This document shows positions 42,090 through 52,490 of a DNA stretch of 64,000 nucleotides, in pieces (position 1 is the first letter of the stretch; every line of letters begins with the position of its first letter). The notes under the pieces were generated by a model. The model was not told the DNA's origin. It saw nothing but the letters and a program-made list of their open reading frames with translations, and ran no database searches. The position numbers and the translations under genes were made by a program. The DNA comes from Raillietiella orientalis (taxonomy: Eukaryota): NCBI GenBank assembly GCA_036172245.1, contig JAYWIR010000008.1, forward strand, positions 3,162,001-3,226,000, read 5' to 3'.

Positions 42090-42950
42090 AATATCACCCG
42101 GTTATGCCGGGCATCTATTACATAAGTGAAGAAAATGCATTTGTGTGGTAGAACTCTTGGTTCTACCATATGCAATGAACCTGCCGAAGACTGTTGCGCG
42201 GACCGGTGAGGGTTCCGCTTCGGCAACAAAATAGGAGAGGGGAAATTTTACACCCAGAGAGAAAGGAGGAGGGGACTGAGGAAGGGATCACGGCGCGCTG
42301 CCTGGAGTCCTCTGCATCCTGTTCAGGATGCCGGCAAGTTCCGTTCGTATATCGCCCGGGTGGGGTCATCTCGAGGCGGTCTTCATCAGAAAGATCCGCG
42401 TCCAGTGGATGGAGTCCCTGCCATTTCGTCCCCTTCTTCTAGCCTTCCACGCCGCTGTGATCCCACGAAGACAGCAGAGGACTGCGAGGGACGCGGCTGG
42501 AGGCAGTGCGGCGCGCTCGAAGAGACTTCTGAAAAGACCCTTGGGGCTGGCCACCAGGATTCCCCGGGTCGTCGAGAGGCGATTCCGGGGGGCTTGGAGG
42601 GCAGCACAGTCCAACAGCAGGTGAAGAGGATCTCCTTCTTCCAGCACCTATCTCATTGAGCGTCCACGCTCCTCCCCCGTGTCCGATGAAGAAGGTGCTC
42701 CTTGCATGGGATTCCCTCATGCACCACCAGCAACGCCAACTCCTGCCGCTTGAATGGGAAAGCGCCACTGTTCAGCATGCTATGGACCGCTTCACCTCCT
42801 CCGGAGGGATGCCGGGCAGCGCCCCCAGCGTGTCATTTCGGAGGGACACTCGGGATCGCAACTGTCCGTCACCTCACCTCCCCAGTTGTTTACGCCCCCA
42901 ATACTTCGCTGCTAGGCAGCGAGTCACTTCCCTCCTTGCCGGAATTACGC
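42090..42950 (-). mobile_element. 3' part of an L1/Tx1-like element (zf-RVT plus 3' UTR)
   Basis: ELALLVVHEGIPCKEHL...EGDPLHLLLDCAAL...LAVLCCLRGI is homologous to 14060-14372 (LAALCCLRGI); family 3' block and terminal CCCGG-CATAA-CCGGGTG hairpin. Confidence 0.7.
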
Positions 42951-42964
42951 TTTCAGGATGACGC

Positions 42965-43760
42965 TCGATGATGGGGATCCCTTTGGGTTCTTTTCTGTTT
43001 CGCTGCTTTCCTTCTTTCGGGTTTTCTTCTTTATGTTTCTCAAGGAGTGCTGAAGAACCGTTCGTCTTGGGGCTCACGAAGCTCTTTCACACTGTTCCAC
43101 GCCACTCGAGGGTGCGCTGCGTGTGAATCTTCAGGTTATAGGGGTAACTCTGAAAGGACTACCTTATGAACCCAGGAAGGTGGCTCCGGAGGAAGGAGTC
43201 CATTCCTCTTACCCTTGGGAAGGAACCCTGTAGAAAATCCACCCTCTCTCTGGTTGTCTCAGGAGGCACCTCCCGTAGAGGGGCACTCCTCGTTTCTTTT
43301 CTGAAGGGACCTCCCTGCAAGGGATCCATTCCTTGTTTCCTCCTCTGAAGAGAACCCCCGAAGGGTTCTGGGATCGGGAAGCGTCCCTACGGGGACACTT
43401 CCCAATTTCCCTGTAGGGAGCAGCGCGCTTCTGACACTGGCGAGGCAGCCTCTCGAGTGGGGTATCAACCAGCCCCATGGAGGGTCATCCCCCGAGAGGG
43501 AGGACGGCTCCATTTTCACAACCAGAGGGAACACCTAAGGAAAACGGCTCCTTGATTCCAGGGAGGACCCCGGAGGGTCGAATTCCAATCCTGGCCACTC
43601 AAGGTCAAGGGGGCCATCCGAGGTTTTCGACTTCCACCAGTGCTGCAACCGAAGTCTAAGGCCAACCAGCGTCATCCTGCAGGGAAGACTCGAAACTCTG
43701 ACGCACCCATTTCTCAGCATCGATTTTTTCCCGGGTGCGATTCGAACCCGCAACGTTTGG
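42965..43760 (-). mobile_element. SINE-like element X, copy 3
   Basis: On the minus strand it begins CGTTGCGGGTTCGAATCGCACCCGGG (B-box/T-arm-like), followed by the hairpin array and the shared 3' end. Confidence 0.7.
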
Positions 43761-43799
43761 TAATCGCGTTGGCGGCCGCGTGACTGAGGACCTGACCTG

Positions 43800-45000
43800 A
43801 CTGAGGCCGAGTGATCGTTCTCACAAGAATGTCGCCCTGGTCCAGAATCTCATGAGATGGAAAAATCGCCGCTGCAGCGTAGCCAATGAGCCTGCCCTCC
43901 CTTCCACTGGGTGCAGCTCCAAGGGTAGTTGTCAACGGGCACAAGCGCTTTGGAAAGGCGACCGCTCCATTGAGCATTTCCGGAAAGAGATCTCGCCGTA
44001 AGAGCGCCGTGGTCCTTAGGAGGGTGGCCAGGGCTCGTACGAGCTCCTGGACGGGGAGGTCAAGACTGGAGAAGCACGCCGAAAAGATGTGCTTACCTGC
44101 AACCTGTATCCCCGAGGGTAGCACTCGCGGAAGGTACAGCCTAAGAGGAATCAAAGGTCACGAAGATATAGGGTCGATACGTCATTTTTACGGCAGAAGG
44201 ATGAGCTGGAGATTTGCTTGTTCTCCCGTCTGGCTGTCTGACGGTCTGGAGTCCTTTGGACCTTCCGTTTCTCTGGCAACAAGCCAGCCCGCCCCGCAAG
44301 CGGGATGGAAACGATTCCAGCTGGTCGCAGATGTCGCCAATCGCTCAAGTCATGCTCAGGTGTCATGGCGATCGCAGTTTTTGGATTTCGTGGTTTTCCC
44401 GTGCATTTGGGATTTCAACTAGGCAGTCAAGTCCGGGGATGTGGGTAAGTTGGTCCACTTCCTTGCTGGTCCCGCCCCGAGGCAAGCTCTCGTCTGCAGA
44501 GTAGAGTTAGTTCGACGAAGCTGGCGTGAGAAGCGGATGGGGACATAGGAGAGAGGACATAGGAGTCTGCAGGATTTGGCGGGAGGCTCGCTTGATGGCT
44601 GGTGAGCCCTCCACATGGCGTTTGCACCTCGTCGTTCTGGCGGTTCCAGTGAGAAGGATCTCCAGCTGGCGCGTTCCAGCCAACAGGTGGCATGGAAGAA
44701 ATCGGGTCATCCCACGATGTGTTGAATCCGGATGTTCCAACGGGATTTCACTTGGGCCATGGAGGGATCGGCCTATTGGAGGATGTGGGTGGGTCGGATG
44801 TTGCGAGCCACTCGAGGGCAAACCGCCGATCACTTCGGACGTGGCTTCGGTTCTTCCGTTCAGAAGCTTCGTACCTTTCCAGATCACGAGCGCGGCGGCT
44901 TGGGATTTGGCGCGGCGCGCCACTCTCTGCTTCAGGAAGGGAGAGAGGAGCGGAGGGGAGGGGAGGACAAGATGACTCGAGCGGAGGAGCTCCATTTTGC
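43800..45000 (-). mobile_element. Decayed APE-type endonuclease region of an L1/Tx1-like element
   Basis: Remnants DLSDWRHLRP (cf. LxDxWRxxHP) and RIDPI (cf. RIDYIF) in the expected order, upstream of the zf-RVT on the same strand. Confidence 0.4.
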
Positions 45001-45785
45001 AAGAGAGGCAAAAGAAAAAAAGATAACCTCGCTGCGGTCCTGTTGAGCTTGGATGCAGGGCTCTGTTCCGCCCTGACTCTGATGCCTCTAATAAACGAGA
45101 TTCGTATTCGAGTGGCGGCTCAAAAAAAAAAAAAAAGAACGAATGAAAGAAAGAAAAAAAGCAGCAAAGTTCATCCACGACGCATGCGCGCCTGCATTTC
45201 GCTGCCGAGGATGAAATTTCAAGGGAAGCCGAGAGAAAGCGCGGCAGCTCTTCGGCTTTCCATGCTGTGATGTTAACGTGTGGAAAGCGCCCTCAAGAGC
45301 GATGCTTCCTCTACTGAAGAAGAGTCCAGGGACAGGAGAGTAGTGCTTACACAAACGTGGTGCAAGCGGATGATGAAGATGCTGCGATCCTCAGGATGGG
45401 GGAATCCTTTCCTCCGTCCTCCCATCTCCCGTCGACGTGGAGATCGATGCAAGACAAAGCAGTGTTCCCGGATGCTGAGTTTGTGCAGGACTCGGGCAGT
45501 GCTCAGAGCTCCGTGGACAGAAGGAACGAAGAGCCTGATCTGACCCGGGGCGGGTGTGAGTGCAAACCTTCCGCTTGACCAGTGGAGTCGAGCGTGAACT
45601 ACGAAGCAAAGCGGTATGGAGGCCTGAAAGCACGGCAGATGAGGCGAAAATTTCTGCTCCTCTCCGTAACCTAGGAAACGAGACTCGGAAGATTGGAGCT
45701 CGCAGAGAATTCCGACAGGATGGCGACCCCAACAGCAGACAGGCACACGAGTGGACATGTGGACGATCAAAATTCCGAAAAAATC

Positions 45786-45786
<1 letters not shown>

Positions 45787-45831
<45 letters not shown>
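45787..45831. repeat. (TA)n microsatellite
   Basis: Directly visible. Confidence 0.98.
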
Positions 45832-45833
<2 letters not shown>

Positions 45834-45913
45834 GCGAAAGGGGAGGGGGGGAGGAGGAACATATGTCTTTTGGCAACCCTTCTCTTCCCTTCCCGCATAA
45901 GCCGAAGCGCTAA
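45834..45913 (+). repeat. ~80-bp exact direct duplicate of 46740-46819
   Basis: gcgaaaggggagggggggaggaggaacatatg...gccgaagcgctaa is present at both sites. Confidence 0.95.
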
Positions 45914-46053
45914 AATGCACAGAAAGCATACACAAAAAAACGATTCGGTATTGTATATTGTATATTTGTATTTTGTAGTATTCATAATATATTAATCTTT
46001 ATATAAACATGTATATGAATATATGTCCACGTATGTCCATGTATATGAATATA

Positions 46054-46089
<36 letters not shown>

Positions 46090-46233
46090 TGTATGTGTGT
46101 GTGTGTGTGTGTGTGTGACATATATTCATATACATGTTTATATAAAGATTAATATATTATGAATACTACAAAATACAAATATACAATATACAATACCGAA
46201 TCGTTTTTTTGTGTATGCTTTCTGTGCATTTTA
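45911..46233. repeat. Perfect ~117-bp inverted repeat (45911-46027 / 46117-46233) around a (TA)(TATG)(TG) microsatellite spacer
   Basis: taaaatgcacagaaagcatacac...gaatatatgtc is the reverse complement of gacatatattc...ctttctgtgcatttta. Confidence 0.95.
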
Positions 46234-48037
46234 AGCATTAAGCAAGGGTCCTAAAATCGTTAAATTAAAACTTGTTCGGTACTCGTCGGTCTCAGCACTC
46301 GTCACGAGTTCCGGAACGAATTACTGACGAGTACCGAGGTACCACTAGCTTATTATATGCATTATTAATTTATACGTTATAATAAGCGTATCGGTGTATC
46401 GTTGGGGATTTTAAATCGGACCAGTGAAGGGTGGCTCAAAGGGGCTTTCTTCCGTGCTGCTCTTCTTCCTCAGAGCAGCACGGGGAAGGTGCCTTTCGGG
46501 ACCGAGTCAAAGATACTTGCCTCCGGCTCCTTCCGAAAGTTTCTGCCAGGCAAGTGACCCTTGCGGGCTCTCGGTGCGCACTCATGGAGGCAGCAGCGGG
46601 CGCCCATGCGGGACAGTCACCTGCACCTGGTGATCCCGGCCTGTGGCCCGCTGACCCTCGAAATTTCGTTTCGCGCCCACGTCTTCCCGCAGCATCCTCC
46701 CTGCCTTCCGCGTAACCCGCCGCGAAGCTTTCTGCTGGAGCGAAAGGGGAGGGGGGGAGGAGGAACATATGTCTTTTGGCAACCCTTCTCTTCCCTTCCC
46801 GCATAAGCCGAAGCGCTAAGAGCGCGCTCCTGACGAACGCATCCTGTGGATTCCGCGCCTCGCTTTCCTGAGCAACCACAGGCACTCGCCTTAGCGATGC
46901 GCCTGTGGTTTCCCCATCTCGTACGGTCGCTGGCTTTTTGTAGCCACAGCATGCGCCTCCGTCTCTGCTTTCCCGATCTCGCACTCGGCTCGGAGCGGAG
47001 TCTTCTACAAGGTCTCTCTCCTTTCCTCTCTCCTTTTTCATCTTTTGTTTTTTTGCTTTCGATGGATCAGGGGTGGATTCTCCGTCTCATCTGGCGACGC
47101 TCCCCTGCCCAGCCCTTGTTCCACTGCGGAGAGGGTTGCCTGTGTTCTTGGTGCGCCCTTGGAGAAACGCTGTGGTTTCTTTGGATGGTGATTGGTGGGC
47201 CTGGAATCTCGCAGGCGGCGCAGGATGTCCATCTTCGCCTCTTTTCCTCACAAGGAACGCGAACAGGGTTGCGGATGCCTCCCGCGCGACTGCAGGAACG
47301 ACGGAGCTCATCAGCGGGGGGGCAGCAGGTCGACTGGCAGGTGCGGGACTTCTGAGAATCCTGGACGAGGAGCGAATGGGCGTCCCGAGTCTTCCTGCAC
47401 GGTTGAGTGTCACCCCTCCCACTCCGGCACACGGCGCTCTTTTAGCTCTGGGACTCCCGTGAAACCAGTGCAGGTTCCGCTGGAGAGCTTACGGGGAAGT
47501 TCGCTATGCGTCGGACGCGTTCTCTCTCGCTCCACCGAGGACTGCCAATGCGTGTCTGCTGACGTCTCTCTTGCTTTCGCCGATGCCTCCAGGAAGGTCT
47601 TTTCCAAGTCGGAGGCATCCTGCTCTAAGGAATTGACCCGCGGAAACGGAAAGATTTTGGATCCAGGTGAACTCGACGGGGACGCGGTCCAGGCGGAAGT
47701 AGGGGTCAACGTGGTCCGTGGACACAGTCCGGAGCCACATTAGACAAGGTGGGGTGTCTTGCACGTTTGTCGGCTGCGCGTTTCCATGGGAAAGGAAGAA
47801 AAGCTTTACATTTCCTCCCTGATCTCCCTGGCGGTGCTTGTAGGAGTTTATGCTATCCCTACGCACACCAAACTTCAAGGATAAGCAGAGCTAACTTAGC
47901 ATAGGAAAGGAAGATCCACGGCCGAGAGGGCGCAAGTCGTTGGGCTGATCTGAGAGGATGCACGACTAGCCCAACGACCGCTGAAAACCGCCTTCAGGGC
48001 TGAGGGCAGAAGGCTATTCCCGAGGACACCGATCGGT

Positions 48038-48240
48038 GGTTTAACACCCGATCACGCCGGTTCGTTCATTATAAAAAATAATAAACATACAGGTGTAGGG
48101 CCATCGGCCCTACATCGTCCAAAAATGTTCGGGACCTGCCGAGCAACCGGCACGTAGGTCGACGAGGTTCGTCTCGGCAGCGGAGGGCAAGGGGGCAAAC
48201 AAAACTAAAAACAAAAACACAAAAAATAAGAGGGTTAGGA
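48038..48240 (-). mobile_element. 3' UTR/terminus of the L1/Tx1-like family
   Basis: The reverse complement reads ctgccgagacgaacctcgtcgacctacgtgccggttgctcggcagg...tgtagggccgatggccctaca...aatgaacgaaccggcgtgatcgggtg. Confidence 0.75.
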
Positions 48241-48334
48241 GAGCGATCAACCGGAAGCTGGAGGGTAGTACTCGGAGAGGAGGACGGCGCGATAGGGACA
48301 CCTTCTGCTTCACCCTGCGCTCCCTGCGGACGGC

Positions 48335-48655
48335 AGCAAGATGGTTCCACCTGGGGCATACTCGGATGGAACTTGCCAGCATGCTGGAAAGGATGAAGAG
48401 GACGCCTTCCAGTGGACAGTGATCTCTTTCCCAACCCTCCCACTTATTTTGGATGCATTTTTTGTTTTGTTTTATTTTTGTTTTTGTTTGCCACCCCCAC
48501 CCCCTCCGCGGCCGACGCGAACCTCGCCGACCTGCGTGCCGGTTGCTCGGCAGGTTCTGAACATTTTCGTACGATGTAGGACCGGTGGCCCTGCACATGT
48601 ATGCTTATTATTTTTTATAATAAATGCCCAGGCGTGACCGGATGATAAAACCAAC
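48335..48655 (+). mobile_element. 3' end of the L1/Tx1-like family
   Basis: MVPPGAYSDGTCQH block homologous to 14417-14520, structured UTR, then AATAAA-TGCCCAGGCGTGACCGGATG. Confidence 0.75.
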
Positions 48656-51399
48656 AGAATCCTTAGCACGAGTGAGCTCTTCTTAATCCGAAGAAGCATT
48701 CTGAAGGTGCCCTCAGTAATGGCGGACAGCTCGTTCCTTCCCCTCAAGTGGCGGCAGTCGACGCTGCTGATATCGCACTGGGGGCACCCCTATGATTTGC
48801 GCGCCATCACCCCTTTCACTTGGTTGCGCGCCAGGGCGTTTCTTTTCCAGAAAGGGAAGAAAAATAAGCGGGCTGTGTGGACTGGTGAATCCACTGGCCT
48901 TTTAAAAATTCAGAAGGAAAAGGACCATCGATTCGTAAGCCGGCTGGCCAGAAGAGCAGGAAGCTGTAGAGGAGGAGACAATAAACAAATAAATAAGGGG
49001 ACAAGGAACAGGAGTTACCGGTCACACACCCCTTAGGTCTTCTGTAACCCACGTGCGATGCAGGTGGCGTCCTCTTTCGCCTTGGCATCCTTCACAGACT
49101 ACATCCTGCACGCATTACCCATTGCTGAGGAGGTGGGGCGTGTGGTTCTCCTCCCCTGATGACGCACCTCCTCCCTTGCTCGATGTCCCGGAATCCCACG
49201 ATCCTCCTAGCGTGGCACAAGATTGGGCCAGAGGGGAAGCAGGCGAAAGCCCGTCCCAGGTGAGACAACGCCACAGCAGCTCTTCCGGGGTGTCTGCGTG
49301 ACGGACTAAAGCAGCCTCAAGGCGTTTCCACCCGCTCCGAAGGTCACCGCATTGCGGCACCGAGCGCGTCGAGAGTGTCCAGTTGCTCGCAGCTGCTGCA
49401 GCTCTCAAAGGCGCGTGACCCTTCGTCCAGAGATGCCGCCGCTGGCTGCGCGGGGAGTCCCGGTGCGCGAACAGCAAGGCCTCTTCGTGCTGTCACCTGC
49501 GGGGTAGCATGGAGCTGTCCAGAGGGGTCACGATCTCCGACATCGGAATCTGCAGGTATTCCGCTCAGCAGAGCGGCTGTCCTTCGCTCGGGCACCGAGT
49601 GTGGGTGGCGCGTCAGCCACGTCCTCCGCCGGCTCACCAGTTTCGTCGCTCCTGCCACGCCTGCCACCCTGCCAGTTGGCAACCGACACCTCTCTCCCGT
49701 AAGGAGGGCTCCTCCGCAGCTCAGGGCATGGCAGTGGCCCGGACCCACGTCTTACGGTTCCATTCCTCTTCCTGCAGTGAGACAACTCCCGGGTCGCGGA
49801 TGCACCTGCGCGTGGTGCGGATCCAGATGCCCTCCGCCTCCTGCTGCCAAGCATTGTAGTTTGCGAGGAGGCAGAGGACCCACTGATGCTCTTCGCACGG
49901 AGCAGCGATCTGCCCCAGTTGGACCGCAAGCGCCTTCCTGCGGTCTCGGTTGCGAGGTGGCGACGGCGCCCTCCTCCTCGCAACCGACCCCGCACGCCTC
50001 AGAGGCAACAGTGCCGCAGGCAATCCTTGACCATCCTACAGTGGATCTGCGACTTTGCCTCCTTCAGCGTCTGAATGACAAGTCCTGCATCCTTTCGTGG
50101 CTCACGGACACCACTGGATCAAGGGTAGCTTCGGAACCGATCCGTGCCAGATGCGTGGAGAGGGGATCCTTTCCGCACCTGCTATCGCACTGCATTGCCC
50201 TCTGGGCATTGTAGGAATGTTCCTCACGGTCCTGTTCATCCTGGTGGACATCTTCAGAGACGTTGTGAGCCCCCCTCTTTGTGCGAATTGCCATCTCTCC
50301 AGCCAACATAGCCGCACCCCTCTGCAGCGTCCGCGTCGTCGTCGCTGCTGGGCGCGACGCATCGAGGACGCAGCGATAGGGGTGCCATCCACTTCGGTGA
50401 TGGACCCACTTAGGGGGTCATCGGGAGGAGCTTGCCGGAATCTTTGCATGGGATGCAGAGCAACCAATGGAAGGGGCAGCTGATATCTTTCCTTCTCCCC
50501 CCGAAACGGAAACGATCGTCCCGGTTGATCTTCTTTCCCCATTCTCCTCCCTTTTGTTGGCATGCCTCGAGGGTCCCTCTCGCAGGATTTTCCAACACGA
50601 CGGGAAGTCATGTCCTGCCATCTCCTGCCGCGGCGTGAGCAGGAGAAAAACCATTTTCGAGGCAGTTGAGAGCAGCAACGAAGAGTTGGCAGCACTGCGA
50701 GACAACGAAAAGGTCAAAAACAAAAACAGGGATGGAGGCGTCCCGACCCGAAGGATAAGTCCGTCGGGAGGCTTCCCACTCGGAGCTGGCACTGGGAGCC
50801 CTCGCCTCGGAAGAGACAACCTGCCAGACAATCGGAAGGCGGCTGAAGCCGCGAGGAGGCGGCATCCGCGCCTGACCTCCGAAGGGCAGATCGGGTTGCT
50901 GGAACTCGTCTGCGGAGGAGGGGATCCTCCGGTCTGCAAGGGAGGGAAGGGAACCTCGACGCTGACTTCTCAGCAGCAATGCCGGGAATCGCCCCCTGCC
51001 GTTGATTACGAGTGGTCCGCTGGAGCTTCATAGGGTTGCGCGACGGCAGCGGGAGACGAGATGCGATCAACGTCCTGAGCCCTCTTGATCTGGCGCTCCC
51101 CCATGTGGTGCATAGCAGCATCGCGGTGGTGGAGGCAGCCCGGCCTCCAACATCGAAAGGGCAGTGGGCACGAAGCTGGCGTTTCCACAGAGGCGTCTCC
51201 ATGGTCGCGTTGCTATGTTGGTGTTTTCATCCGGTCGCTAGGGGGCGCTTCTTTCTTAAAATAACAAAAAAACATAGAAACCCGGTGGACCACCTGCATA
51301 TTTTTTAGGCACTTTCCGATGTCCTAGCGGAACCCTTGGCCTCTCGTGTATCCAAGGCTTTGAGCGCCGGCCTTGGACACGAGGGAGCTGTTGGCCTAG

Positions 51400-52175
51400 G
51401 ATGATGGAAATACTGTTGGGTTCCTTTTTTCTGCTTTCCCTGTTTTCCTTCCAGCTTCTTCTTTTTGGGGGAGGTTTTCGAAGAGTGCTGAAGAACCGGT
51501 CGCCTCCTTAGGTACGCTATCCACTTCACCCGAGGGCGCGTGTCAACTCTTCAAGTTATGGGGAAGCCACGGAGGGACTACCCCATTAACCCAGGAAAAG
51601 ATCCGGAGGGAGGATTCCGTTCCTCTTACGCTCGGGAAGGAACCCCGAAGGGAATCCTCCACCCTGGTTGTCTCCGAAGGGAACCTCCTCTTGTTCTTTC
51701 CGGAGAGTCCTCCTCGTCCACTTCTTATATCTTATGCAAAGGGGAATCCGGAAAGGACCCGCTCCTGGACTTTCTTCTTTGGAGGGCACCCGCAAGGAAA
51801 CCTCTCCTTGTTTCCTCCTCTGAAGAGACTCCCGAAGGGACGCTCCCCAGTTTCTCTGAAGGAGCCGCTCACTGTAGAGAGGCAACCCCCTGACAGGAGT
51901 ATCAACCAGCTGCATGGTACGCAATGGGGGAACGCCTCCCAAGGGGGAGGATGGTCCATATTTTTGCAACCGGAGGTTTCCCCCCCAAAGAGAATCGGAC
52001 CCCGGAGGGTCAACTTGCAATCCTGGCCACTCAGCGGGGAGTCCGGCTTATACCAGTGCCTCCGCATCCAAGGCCAACCAGCGTCATCCTGCGAGGGAGG
52101 GGAACTCGAAACCCACGACGCACCCCCGTTCTCAGCGTCCATCCCTCCCCGGATTCCAACCCGCAATGTTTCGAG
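51400..52175 (-). mobile_element. SINE-like element X, copy 4
   Basis: Colinear with 42965-43760 (gagtgctgaagaaccg, tggttgtctc, ccttgtttcctcctctgaagaga, gtatcaaccagc, aaggccaaccagcgtcatcctgc). Confidence 0.7.
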
Positions 52176-52224
52176 CCGCGCGCGGAGACCGCAACCTCGC
52201 GGCGGCCTCCAGCGAGGGCAGAGG

Positions 52225-52490
52225 GAGAAGAGGAGGAAGAGGCAGATGAGAGCGAAGAGACCTACGTCTACAGAGTGCTGGGACAGGTGCACATGGACAT
52301 CACCATATCGATCGTGAGGGACAGCTTTCTGGACGACATCTTGGGTGCATCGGCAGCGTCCAGTCGCGTGCATCTTTCCACAGCAACAAGCGCGCGGTCG
52401 TCACTAGCCGGGAGATGCAGACAGCGGTGCACCTGCAACTGCCCTGGTGCGTGGCCACGTGCCATTTCAAAAGGCAGGAAGCGGCGCCGT
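52225..52490 (+). pseudogene. Histone H2B-like pseudogene (about three frameshifts)
   Basis: EKRRKRQ / YVYRVLGQVHMDITIS..DSFLDDIL / HSNKRAVVTSREMQTAVHLQLP / AISKGRK align with H2B [53 protein letters not shown] across shifted frames. Confidence 0.88.

Noticed and set aside
43725..43765. Functional tRNA gene
   Set aside because: Only a T-arm/B-box-like half is present; no acceptor or D stem. Treated as a SINE-like head.
47000..47750. Possible ORF1 zinc knuckle (SCAACEIPG) of the minus-strand L1-like element
   Set aside because: The CCHC motif is incomplete and frameshifted; too weak to annotate.
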